Assembly (NCBI GenBank): GCA_002709505.1
Contig: PARB01000045.1
Span: forward strand, 21,502-85,501
Origin: Paracoccaceae bacterium
Lineage (GTDB): Bacteria > Pseudomonadota > Alphaproteobacteria > Rhizobiales > Stappiaceae
Reading direction: 5' to 3'
Length of the DNA stretch: 64,000 nucleotides
Numbering within the stretch: position 1 is the stretch's first letter; each line of letters starts with the position of its first letter. A program made the translations under genes and the position numbers. Below the pieces are notes generated by a model. That model did not search any database. It was not told where the DNA came from and was given only the letters and a program-made list of their open reading frames with translations. Positions 17,399 through 27,189 of the stretch are shown one piece after another.

Positions 17399-18886
17399 AT
17401 GTCGAATAGTCCGCTTCTAACCCCATCGCCCGGCACACTTGGCTTGCTAGAAGACATTGCCGATTACGTCTACCGGCAAGCCCCGCGCCCGACACATGAA
17501 GCCGCCATGGTGGCAGCGATTGCGCTTTCAGCGGGCATCTATGGCCGGGCGTTCAACGTGTCTGGCACAGGGTTGAACGTGTGGTTGCTGTTTCTCGCGC
17601 TGACCGGCACCGGCAAGGACGCTATCGCTTCCAGCCTATCGAAGTTAATGCAGGCGGTCGTTCACGGCGGCAACATGAGGCCGGGAGCACCGGAAGTCTT
17701 TCCCGCTGCAAAGGAATTCGTGTCGTTCAGCGACATGGCGTCCGGGCAGGCCATGCACAAGCACCTAGCGAAGTGTACCAGCACGCTATTCGTGAACGGC
17801 GAAGCCGGGATCAGCTTTTCGCAGATGAACAGCCCAAAAGCGCCGCAACATGTCCAGAACATGAAGAAACTTCTTCTCATGTCCTACAGCAAGAGCGGCG
17901 CAGGCGAGACGCTTGGCGGCATCAAATACAGCGAACGGGAAAAAGACATTGCGCCCATCGCATCCCCGGCACTTAGCATCGTGGCCGAAAGCGTGCCTGA
18001 AACGGTCTTCGCCTTGCTGGACGAAACGCAAATCGCCGATGGCTTCATGCCGCGCTGGACTATCATAGATTACCCCGGCGACCGCCCATACCTGAATGAG
18101 CATCGGCTAAAACAGCCGCCAGAAGCCTTAGTGGGAAAGCTGACCGAGCATTGCGAACTTGCGCACCGGATCAACCAAGGCGGTGTGCCCACAACGGTCA
18201 ATATGACTGAAGACGCGGAATGGGAACTTCGCGGCTTCAACGATTATTGCGATAGTCAAATCCGAGGTAGCGGCGAAGTGCACCGCCAGCTTTGGAACCG
18301 CGCGCACCTCAAGGCAATGAAGCTTGCCGCAATTGCCGCCGTCGCTGTTGACCCGCTTAACCCTGTCGTGAACTTCGACCAAGCCCGTTGGGCCGCAATG
18401 ATCGAACACGATAGCGTCCAACGCCTCTTGCGTCGCTATGAAGCGGGTGAAGTTGGCGACCAATCGAAGTCGGACAAGGCACAACAAGAGCATGTGCGAC
18501 GTGTTATCCGCGAATGGATCGAACGCCCGTGGTCTGAAATGCAGCGTTACAAGATCGCGGACGCTGACGTGCACGGAAAGCAGGTTATCCCGTGGTCCTA
18601 TATTTCCAAGCGCCTAACGAACGTTGTGGCATTCAAACAAGCCCGAAACGGAGCAACGAGCGCAATCCGCCAAGCCGTCAGGGAATTGATGGCCTGTGGG
18701 GAAATCGTACGTGTGCCGAATGAGCAATTAGCGAAGATTACAAATAGCAACGCCGAATTTTTTATGCTGGCGGAAGAAAGCGACGTGTTCGGCGGCGAAT
18801 TCAAACGACGCGTTGGCGAAGACCGAAGGGCAAAGCAAGCCCTCAAGGGCATCATGGCGGGCACGCCGCCGGGGGAGGAAATCTAA
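17399..18886 (+). CDS. DUF3987-like P-loop helicase/replication protein with no primase domain
   Basis: Walker A ALTGTGKD, DGFMPRW, LWNR...AMKLA; located directly after alpA. Confidence 0.7.
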   Translation: MSNSPLLTPSPGTLGLLEDIADYVYRQAPRPTHEAAMVAAIALSAGIYGRAFNVSGTGLNVWLLFLALTGTGKDAIASSLSKLMQAVVHGGNMRPGAPEVFPAAKEFVSFSDMASGQAMHKHLAKCTSTLFVNGEAGISFSQMNSPKAPQHVQNMKKLLLMSYSKSGAGETLGGIKYSEREKDIAPIASPALSIVAESVPETVFALLDETQIADGFMPRWTIIDYPGDRPYLNEHRLKQPPEALVGKLTEHCELAHRINQGGVPTTVNMTEDAEWELRGFNDYCDSQIRGSGEVHRQLWNRAHLKAMKLAAIAAVAVDPLNPVVNFDQARWAAMIEHDSVQRLLRRYEAGEVGDQSKSDKAQQEHVRRVIREWIERPWSEMQRYKIADADVHGKQVIPWSYISKRLTNVVAFKQARNGATSAIRQAVRELMACGEIVRVPNEQLAKITNSNAEFFMLAEESDVFGGEFKRRVGEDRRAKQALKGIMAGTPPGEEI

Positions 18887-18935
18887 GGTTTCAAAGGGTC
18901 GATAATCGCCTAAGTGCATGGAATTGCGAAGATAT

Positions 18936-19096
18936 AATGTTCTAATGTTTCTAACGCCAGAAACATCAAACCAGCCCAAATGCCAACCGGGCAATACACG
19001 CAATACCCTTAGACCATTAGAAAATTTATGTATTTGACATTATTTTCAATCGCTTATGGCGTCTAATGCCGCCGACGAAGGACTTAGAGGCTAAGA
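18936..19096. other. Putative replication origin with TCTAA/TTAGA iterons
   Basis: TCTAA at 18941, 18950 and 19062; TTAGA at 19009, 19017 and 19084; AT-rich tract at ~19020-19050; immediately downstream of the rep gene. Confidence 0.55.
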
Positions 19097-19127
19097 ACCG
19101 CCGCAACGTAGAGAAAGGGGCGTAACT

Positions 19128-19547
19128 TTGACGACGCGGAAACCAAAAGCGCCTTCACCCGCTGATGATACAGCGGAAAACAGCGCTGTGGGCAAGCCGT
19201 TCAAAAAGGGTCAGAGCGGCAACCCGGCAGGCAGACCGAAAGGCGCGCGCAGCAAGCTATCCGAAGCATTCCTTTCGAGCTTGGCGGATGATTTCGATGT
19301 GTATGGGTTGGATGCCATTGAGGCGTTGCGACGTACCGACCCAAAATCCTACCTGCAAATCATTGCTGCCGTTACGGCCAAGGTTCCACTGGCAGAAGTC
19401 ACCGTGACCAACAACACGCTCGTAGACCAGCGCCGCGTCATGGTGGTTAAAGATCACGGCACGGATGCCGAGTGGGAGGCCAAGCTGCGGACACAACAGC
19501 GCGCGCTTACCGAAGCCGCTACGGTCAGCGAACCCGAGAAAAAGTGA
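19128..19547 (+). CDS. DUF5681 / terminase small subunit-like protein
   Basis: PFKKGQSGNPAGRPKGARSKLSEAFL motif. Confidence 0.75.
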   Translation: MTTRKPKAPSPADDTAENSAVGKPFKKGQSGNPAGRPKGARSKLSEAFLSSLADDFDVYGLDAIEALRRTDPKSYLQIIAAVTAKVPLAEVTVTNNTLVDQRRVMVVKDHGTDAEWEAKLRTQQRALTEAATVSEPEKK

Positions 19548-19830
19548 AACCCCGCGCACGTTCCCGCCGCATTATCTCAGAGCGTACCCGCGCCCACCGT
19601 CCCTGCTCAAAAATGTCGCTGTCGTACCACGCGCGATGCTCTTCCATGCAGACGATATCAAACGCCCGCTCGCCGTGCTGGGCGTAGACCTCTTCGACCT
19701 TCGCGGCGATTTCGCGACGCGGGATGAGGCGGGGGCGAACGGAACCCTGCCAGACCGACCAGAGTAGCGTTCCCCAAATCGGCGACAAACAAACCACCCA
19801 AATTATGGCGGATACCCATGTTTCCGACAT
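19525..19830 (-). CDS. Small membrane protein
   Basis: N-terminal TM helix (WVSAIIWVVCLSPIWGTLLWSVW); divergent from the XRE gene. Confidence 0.55.
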   Translation of the reverse strand: MSETWVSAIIWVVCLSPIWGTLLWSVWQGSVRPRLIPRREIAAKVEEVYAQHGERAFDIVCMEEHRAWYDSDIFEQGRWARVRSEIMRRERARGFTFSRVR

Positions 19831-19908
19831 ATCCCGCACCACACGAACGTTGACTACAATATGTTCTTATATCACTACATATCGTACGTGGCCAGAAGTG
19901 TGTCTATG

Positions 19909-19925
19909 GGGAACAGAATGTTCCC
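19909..19925. promoter_or_regulatory. Inverted repeat GGGAACA-gaa-TGTTCCC abutting the XRE start codon
   Basis: Perfect 7-bp arms ending 1 nt before ATG 19926. Confidence 0.6.
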
Positions 19926-20255
19926 ATGGAGATATTCGCTAAACGGCTACAGGAACGCGCGAAGCAACTCGGCATATCAAATGCCGAAGCTGCACGGCGT
20001 GTGGGATTGGAAGAGCGGCGCTACGCACACTATGCGTCGGGACGACGGGAACCGGACTTGGCCACTTTGAAGTCTATATCGGAAGCGCTCGGGATCACGC
20101 CAAACTGGCTGCTTGGCGTGATCGACAAGCTTGAGAAAGAACCGGAAAAAGCTGCATTGATTGATAGATTTTCAAATGCTGCTTTAGGAATGACTAGAGA
20201 AGAACTTGAACTCTGCGTCATACAGGCTGAAGCGGTAGTTGCGTCTAAGAAATGA
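19926..20255 (+). CDS. XRE/Cro-family HTH regulator
   Basis: FAKRLQERAKQLGISNAEAARRVGLEERRYAHYASGRREPDL. Confidence 0.92.
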   Translation: MEIFAKRLQERAKQLGISNAEAARRVGLEERRYAHYASGRREPDLATLKSISEALGITPNWLLGVIDKLEKEPEKAALIDRFSNAALGMTREELELCVIQAEAVVASKK

Positions 20256-20288
20256 TTCGGAACTTGTTGGTGAAAGTATTTTGGGGGA

Positions 20289-22673
20289 GTGTTTTTGGAG
20301 ACCGAGGCCGACACATGCCGGAAAGAGGTGATACCGAAACTTGTTGAAGCTGGATGGGATAACCCACCCTACGCCATCAACGAGCAACGGTCTTTCACGG
20401 ACGGACGCATCGTGTTCGTTGGCGGTAAGGCGCGTCGGGGGCGGCAAAAGCGAGCCGACTTCATCCTGCGCTATCGGTCAGACTTCCCCATTGCTGTAGT
20501 CGAGGCAAAATCCAAATACAAACACGCTGCCGACGGCCTCCAACAAGCAAAAGATTACGCGGAAATCCTTGGTCTGAAGTTCGCCTACGCAACCAATGGC
20601 CGGGAAATCGTTGAGATAGACTACACCACCGGCATTGAACGCGATTTGACCTCGTTCCCGTCACCCGAAGAACTTTGGCAGCGCCTTTCACAATCCGAAA
20701 ATCTTGACGACGATATCAAGGAACACCTGCTCTCACCGACCTTTCCCGACAAGGACAAGCCGCTTCGATACTATCAGGAAATCACGGTCAATCGCGCAGT
20801 GCAATCGATCCTTCAGCAACGCAAGCGCGTTCTGCTCACGCTTTGCACCGGCGCAGGAAAGACCGCTGTTGCATTCCAGATTTGCTGGAAGCTGTGGAAC
20901 GGTGGCTGGAACCCGAAGGGCAAGAACCGGAAACCGAAAATCCTGTTCTTGGCTGACCGGAACGTTCTGGTAGACGATCCCAAAGACAAGGACTTTAGCG
21001 CCTTTGGTGATGCCCGCTTCAAAATCAGCGGCGGGGAGATTAGCAAGGGGCGCGACATCTATTTCGCAATCTATCAGGCGATTGCGGGCGATGAATCCCG
21101 CGACGGCTTATTCAAGGAATATGCGAAGGATTTCTTCGACCTCATCATCGTTGATGAATGCCACCGTGGCAGCGCCCGCGACGACAGCAATTGGCGTGAA
21201 ATTCTCGAATGGTTTGAGCCTGCCTACCAGATCGGAATGACCGCGACGCCTAAGCGGGAAGACAACGCCGACACCTATAATTACTTCGGCGATCCAGTTT
21301 ACGAATATAGCCTTGCTCAAGGCATCGCCGATGGCTTCTTGGCACCCTACCGCGTTCACCGCGTGATTTCCGATTTTGATGCGGCGGGCTGGCGTCCGTC
21401 TCAAGGCGAACTCGACCGCTACGGACGTGAAATCCCCGATGCGCAGTATGGAACACGCGATTTCGAACGCGTCGTTGCTCTACGTGCGAGAACCGAGGCT
21501 TTCGCAACGCACCTTACAAGCTTCCTCAAGCAAACAGATCGCTTCGCGAAAACCATCGTCTTTTGCGTGAACCAAGAACACGCCCTTGAGATGCGCAATG
21601 CACTTGCACGTCTAAACGCCGATCTTGTGAAACAGCACCCCGACTATGTGTGCCGCGTCACTTCCGACGAAGGCGACGTTGGCTCCGCGCACCGCGCCAA
21701 ATTTCAGGACATCGACAAGGCGACGCCGGTTATCCTCACAACGTCACAATTGCTGACAACCGGTGTCGATGCACCGACGTGCAAGAACGTGGTGCTGGCG
21801 CGTGTCGTCGGCTCAATGCCGGAATTCAAGCAGATTATCGGGCGCGGAACACGGCTGCGGCCCGATTACGGCAAGCTTGCTTTCAACATCATTGATTACA
21901 CCGGCACCGCCACCGAAAAATTCGCCGATCCCGCTTTTGACGGCGATCCGGTCAGAGAGCGTGAACAGGTCATCGACGAAGACGGCGATGTTGTAGACGA
22001 AACTGAAATCACCGAAGAAACCGATACCCCCGGCGACATCGACACGACCGAAATAGACGGTACGAACGGTGGCCTACCCGACGACACAGAACCGGGCTTG
22101 CCACGAAAATTCTACTATGACGGTGGCAGCGTCGAGATTATCCGCCAACTGGTCTACGAACTCGATTCCGAAGGCAAACAACTCGCAGTCCGCCAACTGA
22201 CCGACTACACCGGCGAAAAGGTTCGCACGCTCTATCCCAACGCTTCCGAACTCAGGAAGGATTGGCTCGACCCTGCACGCCGCGCCGATATCATCGAACA
22301 GCTTGAGGACAAGGGCATCGACACGCAAACGCTTGGTGAGGCTGTGGGCAAGCCCGATGCCGATCCGTTCGACCTGCTTTGCCATCTGGCCTACAACGCA
22401 CCACTTCGCACGCGCCGTGAGCGCGCCGAACGCCTGAAGCGTGAAGAAACGGCCTTCTTCGAACAGCACGGGGACAAAGCCCGCGAAGTGCTCGACGCGC
22501 TCATTGAGAAATATGCGGAGCACGGAACCGCGCAATTCAAAATGCCCGACGTGCTCGAAATCCCGCCTTTCAACGATTGGGGCAACGTCGTGGAAATCGC
22601 CGCCCGCTTCGGCGGCGGCAAGGCCATGCGCGAAGCCGTCAACGAACTGCAAAAGCGCCTATACGGCGCATAA
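20289..22673 (+). CDS. hsdR: Type I restriction subunit R (EcoEI-like)
   Basis: Nuclease RADFIL...VVEAK; Walker A CTGAGKT; DECH; QIIGRGTR; EcoEI-type C-terminus (DPFDLLCHLAY). Confidence 0.95.
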   Translation: MFLETEADTCRKEVIPKLVEAGWDNPPYAINEQRSFTDGRIVFVGGKARRGRQKRADFILRYRSDFPIAVVEAKSKYKHAADGLQQAKDYAEILGLKFAYATNGREIVEIDYTTGIERDLTSFPSPEELWQRLSQSENLDDDIKEHLLSPTFPDKDKPLRYYQEITVNRAVQSILQQRKRVLLTLCTGAGKTAVAFQICWKLWNGGWNPKGKNRKPKILFLADRNVLVDDPKDKDFSAFGDARFKISGGEISKGRDIYFAIYQAIAGDESRDGLFKEYAKDFFDLIIVDECHRGSARDDSNWREILEWFEPAYQIGMTATPKREDNADTYNYFGDPVYEYSLAQGIADGFLAPYRVHRVISDFDAAGWRPSQGELDRYGREIPDAQYGTRDFERVVALRARTEAFATHLTSFLKQTDRFAKTIVFCVNQEHALEMRNALARLNADLVKQHPDYVCRVTSDEGDVGSAHRAKFQDIDKATPVILTTSQLLTTGVDAPTCKNVVLARVVGSMPEFKQIIGRGTRLRPDYGKLAFNIIDYTGTATEKFADPAFDGDPVREREQVIDEDGDVVDETEITEETDTPGDIDTTEIDGTNGGLPDDTEPGLPRKFYYDGGSVEIIRQLVYELDSEGKQLAVRQLTDYTGEKVRTLYPNASELRKDWLDPARRADIIEQLEDKGIDTQTLGEAVGKPDADPFDLLCHLAYNAPLRTRRERAERLKREETAFFEQHGDKAREVLDALIEKYAEHGTAQFKMPDVLEIPPFNDWGNVVEIAARFGGGKAMREAVNELQKRLYGA

Positions 22674-22688
22674 GAAAGAGAAATACCC

Positions 22689-24245
22689 TTGGCCCGCCAA
22701 CCGAAGAAGAAGCAGCCACAGACAACAGCTCAACGCCTTGACAGCATCATCAAGTCGGCGCGGAAGATCATGCGCAAGGACAAGGGACTGAGCGGCGACC
22801 TTGACCGTCTGCCGATGCTCACTTGGATTATGTTCCTGAAGTTCTTGGATGACATGGAGCATATTGAGGAAGAGCGCGCAGAGATCGCGGGCAAGGCTTA
22901 TCGCGGCGCTGTCGAAGCACCCTACCGTTGGCGCGATTGGGCTGCGGAAGAAGGCGGCATCACCGGCCCCGACCTGATTGACTTCTTGACGTTGGACGTA
23001 GCCGAACGCCCGGACGGAACCAAAGGGCCGGGCTTGTTCGCCTATCTGCGAAGCCTTCGCGGAAACAATGGCACGCGCGGGCGCAAGGACGTGATCGCGA
23101 CCGTGTTCCGTGGTCTGTCGAACCGCATGGAAAGCGGCTATCTGCTGCGCGATGTCATCAATCTTATTGACGGCATTCACTTCGATTCCTCCGACGAAAT
23201 TCATACGCTCGGTAGGCTATATGAAACCCTGCTGCGCGAAATGCGCGATGCCGCAGGCGATTCCGGCGAGTTCTACACGCCGCGTTCCATTGTGCGTTTC
23301 ATGGTCGAGGTTACGGACCCACAGCTTGGTGAAGCGGTTCTTGATCCGGCCTGCGGCACAGGCGGTTTTTTGACCGAAGCCTATGCGCACATGGCCAAAC
23401 AGGCCGATACGGTCGAAAAGCGCGAAATCCTCCAATCGTCGAGCATCTTCGGCGGGGAAGCGAAGCCGCTTCCCTTCCTTCTGGTGCAAATGAACCTTCT
23501 GCTACACGGTTTGGAGGCCCCAAAGATCACGCCGGACAATTCATTGAAAGTTCGCCTGTCGGAGATTGGCGAGGCCGACCGTGTGGACGTTATTCTGACG
23601 AACCCTCCCTTCGGTGGTGAGGAAGAAACCGGCATTCTGAACAACTTCCCCGAAGACCGGCGCACGGCGGAAACGGCGCTGCTTTTCCTGCAACTCATTA
23701 TGCGGCGAGTGAAGCGGGGCGGAAAAGGTCGCGCCGCTGTTGTCGTGCCGCACGGCGTTCTGTTTGGCGGGGGCATTGCTGCGCGTATCAAGGCGGACCT
23801 GTTGAAGGAATTCAATCTGCACACTGTCATGCGTCTACCTGAAGGCGTCTTTGCGCCCTATACCGATATTTCCACAAACATAATCTTTTTCGACACGACC
23901 AAGGCAACCGGCGACATTTGGTTCTACGAACAACCCAAGCCGGAAGGGCGGAAGAAGTACTCCAAAACTGCGCCGCTAACCTTCGACGAACTCAAGCCCT
24001 GCATCGATTGGTGGAACGCCCGCGAAGAAAACGAACAGGCGTGGAAAGTGCATGGTCCCGACCTTATCGAAACGGACGATGCAGGCCGGATTAGCGCCTG
24101 CAATCTTGACCTGAAAAACCCGAACGCAACCGGTGTGGTAGATCATCGCACTCCACTCGAAATCGTCGAAAGCATTGAGGTCAAGGAACAGCGTATTCTC
24201 TCCATAATGGGCGATATCAAGCGCACTCTGTCGGAGATGGCATAG
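22689..24245 (+). CDS. hsdM: Type I m6A methyltransferase
   Basis: GEFYTPR, DPACGTGGFL and NPPF motifs. Confidence 0.96.
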   Translation: MARQPKKKQPQTTAQRLDSIIKSARKIMRKDKGLSGDLDRLPMLTWIMFLKFLDDMEHIEEERAEIAGKAYRGAVEAPYRWRDWAAEEGGITGPDLIDFLTLDVAERPDGTKGPGLFAYLRSLRGNNGTRGRKDVIATVFRGLSNRMESGYLLRDVINLIDGIHFDSSDEIHTLGRLYETLLREMRDAAGDSGEFYTPRSIVRFMVEVTDPQLGEAVLDPACGTGGFLTEAYAHMAKQADTVEKREILQSSSIFGGEAKPLPFLLVQMNLLLHGLEAPKITPDNSLKVRLSEIGEADRVDVILTNPPFGGEEETGILNNFPEDRRTAETALLFLQLIMRRVKRGGKGRAAVVVPHGVLFGGGIAARIKADLLKEFNLHTVMRLPEGVFAPYTDISTNIIFFDTTKATGDIWFYEQPKPEGRKKYSKTAPLTFDELKPCIDWWNAREENEQAWKVHGPDLIETDDAGRISACNLDLKNPNATGVVDHRTPLEIVESIEVKEQRILSIMGDIKRTLSEMA

Positions 24246-26041
24246 TGGCGTGGCGAACTGTTCAATTAGGCGAAGTTCTAAGGCAAAAGCGCGACAGGGT
24301 TCGAATAGAACCCGGTAAGCCCTACAAACAGATCACGGTACGGCTGTGGGGTAAGGGCCTTGCGCTGCGCGGCACAAGCGATGGTTCGGAAATCGCCGCC
24401 GAAAGCCAAGTCGCGGTTGGAAGGAACGATTTTTTAATATCGAAGATCGATGCGCGACACGGAGCGTTCGGGCTAGTGCCTGCCGACCTTGAAGGCGCGG
24501 TGGTGAGTAACGACTTCCCGTGCTTCACAGTGAGGCAAGACCTGCTTGATTCCCGCTTTCTCGAATGGTTTTCAAAAACGGAGACCTTTGTATCCGTCTG
24601 CCAACAGGCAAGCACAGGCTCTACCAATCGCGTTCGTTTAAAGGAAGGAAGCTTCCTCGGCTTCGAAATTCCGCTTCCTTCGCTGGATGAACAACAAGCA
24701 ATTGCCAGCCGGCTGGACGAGGTACACGCGAAGCTCGGAGAGCGAGAAGTCGAACTTGCAGCCGTCGAACGCGAAGCCAACGCCATGTTGTTCAACGCGT
24801 TTCAAGAAATTACCGACGGCATTGAGTACCTACCGCTTTCCGAAGTGGCACCGCTCGTACGGCGTCCCGTCGATATCGAGCCAGATGTTGAGTATCCTGA
24901 ATTGGGCGCGCGTTCATTTGGGCGCGGACTATTCCATAAACCATCCCTGCTCGGAGCGAAGATAACTTGGCAAAAGCTGTTTTGGATACATCGTGGCGAC
25001 CTCGTTTTGAGCAATATCAAGGCATGGGAGGGCGCGTTCGGCGTCGCTAGTGATAACGATCATTTGCGCGTCGGTTCCCACCGATATCTGACCTGTGTTC
25101 CGAAGACCGACGTCATTTCCGGCCATTTCCTTTGGTACTACCTCCAATCAAGGGAAGGGCTGGAAAAGGTCGGTGCGGCTTCACCCGGAAGCGCAGATCG
25201 CAATCGCACACTTGGCCAGAAGGCGTTGATGGCCATTGAAGTTCCCGTTCCCAATCTGAAAGTTCAACAGCGCTTTACGAGGTTGCACGCCTTAGTCGAA
25301 CAGGTGCGCGCCATTCGTGCTTCCACAGCGAAGGACGCGGAAGCCCTTATCCCCGCCATGCTGCACGAGATTTTCGAGCGGCAAGCAAACAAGCCTGACG
25401 CGGCTCCTTTGACATCGGAGGCAAACGTTGTTCAGCTTCCGACCAAACAAAAGCCTAAGATCGATACACCCTTCAAGGAAGCGGTTCTTGTCGGAGCCAT
25501 CGTCAAAGCCTTCCACGAAGACAACGGTCAACCGATAGGCAACTTCCGTCTGCAAAAGGCGGTTTACTTCGCGCGTCGCCAAATGGGCGAAAGCGCGCTC
25601 GACAAGGATTATCTCCGCAAGGCCGCAGGCCCATACAATCCGAAAATGCGCTATTCCGGTGGTATCAAAATCGCCACGGACAAGAACTGGATCAAGCGTG
25701 CGACCGGCAAATATGGCGAAGGCAACGCGTTGGGCGATGCCGCCGCAGAAATGGACGAATGGATTGAACGCTACCAGTTCGCCCCCGCCGCAGCGTGGGT
25801 GCGCGACCGTTTCAAATACATCAAGAACGACCTGTGGGAAACGCTCGCAACCATCGACTACGCCATGCTGGCATTAGACCATGACGGCAAACGCCCAACC
25901 CCGGAAGCAATCCTTTCCTACATCGAAGCCGACGACGAATGGCGTCCCAAGATCGCAAAGCTACGCCTCACCCAAGCGTCGATCCAAAACGTCACGGTCG
26001 AGCTTGAGAGCTTGTTTGCAGATGTGGGAGGTGTCGTCTGA
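24245..26041 (+). CDS. hsdS: Type I specificity subunit with a ~200-aa C-terminal extension
   Basis: Two TRD/conserved-helix units (IPLPSLDEQQAI, VPVPNLKVQQRF), then a linker and an extra domain. Confidence 0.9.
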   Translation: MAWRTVQLGEVLRQKRDRVRIEPGKPYKQITVRLWGKGLALRGTSDGSEIAAESQVAVGRNDFLISKIDARHGAFGLVPADLEGAVVSNDFPCFTVRQDLLDSRFLEWFSKTETFVSVCQQASTGSTNRVRLKEGSFLGFEIPLPSLDEQQAIASRLDEVHAKLGEREVELAAVEREANAMLFNAFQEITDGIEYLPLSEVAPLVRRPVDIEPDVEYPELGARSFGRGLFHKPSLLGAKITWQKLFWIHRGDLVLSNIKAWEGAFGVASDNDHLRVGSHRYLTCVPKTDVISGHFLWYYLQSREGLEKVGAASPGSADRNRTLGQKALMAIEVPVPNLKVQQRFTRLHALVEQVRAIRASTAKDAEALIPAMLHEIFERQANKPDAAPLTSEANVVQLPTKQKPKIDTPFKEAVLVGAIVKAFHEDNGQPIGNFRLQKAVYFARRQMGESALDKDYLRKAAGPYNPKMRYSGGIKIATDKNWIKRATGKYGEGNALGDAAAEMDEWIERYQFAPAAAWVRDRFKYIKNDLWETLATIDYAMLALDHDGKRPTPEAILSYIEADDEWRPKIAKLRLTQASIQNVTVELESLFADVGGVV

Positions 26042-27189
26042 TGCGGGCAACGGAAAAAGCGCTGATGGCGCGCGGTATGGATTCCGTTAGCGCGGCGAAG
26101 CTTGCTCAAGACGGCTGGACGCTCAACAAGCTGAAGTTGGCCAGCGAGGCTGAGCTAAAGGCCTTAGGGCTGGTTGAAGGCTTCATCAAAGCGTTACTCA
26201 AAGAACAGCGCCCGCCTATTCCAATCGACAATCTCATGAAGGTGCTTTTCGACAATCGCTTTCAGTGCTGCGTGTGTAGAGACCCCAAGCAGTCAATTAT
26301 CGTTCATCACATAGACGAGTGGGCGCACAGTCGTAGTCATAACATCAAAAACTTGGCGGTTCTGTGCCTCCAACATCACGACAAGGCGCATACAAGAAGC
26401 ACTTTGTCGCAGAATTTGGACGCAGCCACGCTGCGCGGTCTGAAGGCGGGATGGGAATCTGAAGTCAAAAAGCGAGACGCCGAATCTATTTACGCTGCAA
26501 TGCGCCTCGAATACAGCAACTGGAATTACATCAATGAGTTGCGCGTTTTTGAGATTGCAAACAAACTGAAAATAGATTTTTCGAGTGTCAAGTATTTTTT
26601 TAACGCAAGCGCGGCGGGTGTGATTGACTCAGATGGGATGCCCATTCCAGTTAATAACGATGAACTGTTTTACATGTACCAAGGCGCAGCAGTTTTGCAG
26701 CGCTATCATTACATAGCCAACGTATTCAACGAAGTTGTCAAGAGAATACCAATAGTTAATGTTTCGGACTTTCTCGACAAAGGTGTTTTGGGCTTTGCTC
26801 TGGTTCCGGGCGAATTCATATTCGTTCAGGGGAAGCACATCTTTTCGCCCATAGAGAATAGGCATAAATATCAAGGTCGCGGGCAAATATGTGAGGGCGT
26901 ACGACGCGCGAATGAAGTTGAGGTTCGGTTTGTTTTTGACCGGTGGGAAGCAACTTCAAGTTCCGCACAAAGCCAATGGCTTACCGGAACCCGTGATCAA
27001 GGCAGTCTAGTTCACGTGAAAGACTTATCCCGCGAAGAGGGGCGTTTGGTCATTCGTGGAACAGTCCTCGGAATTGGTTCCAACTTCGGTGATCTCAAAA
27101 CGCGTGAATATGCCCAGAGTTGGTTGGAATGGATGCCCACGCGTCAGGAAGATGACGACATAGACGACGATTGGCTGGATGACGAATGA
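26041..27189 (+). CDS. HNH endonuclease-domain protein
   Basis: CCVC...VHHI...NLAVLCLQHHDKAH; TGATG overlap with hsdS. Confidence 0.85.
   Translation: MRATEKALMARGMDSVSAAKLAQDGWTLNKLKLASEAELKALGLVEGFIKALLKEQRPPIPIDNLMKVLFDNRFQCCVCRDPKQSIIVHHIDEWAHSRSHNIKNLAVLCLQHHDKAHTRSTLSQNLDAATLRGLKAGWESEVKKRDAESIYAAMRLEYSNWNYINELRVFEIANKLKIDFSSVKYFFNASAAGVIDSDGMPIPVNNDELFYMYQGAAVLQRYHYIANVFNEVVKRIPIVNVSDFLDKGVLGFALVPGEFIFVQGKHIFSPIENRHKYQGRGQICEGVRRANEVEVRFVFDRWEATSSSAQSQWLTGTRDQGSLVHVKDLSREEGRLVIRGTVLGIGSNFGDLKTREYAQSWLEWMPTRQEDDDIDDDWLDDE

Noticed and set aside
19909-19925. LexA box before the XRE gene
   Set aside because: The alphaproteobacterial LexA site is a GTTC-N7-GTTC direct repeat; this is a GAAC-N5-GTTC inverted repeat.
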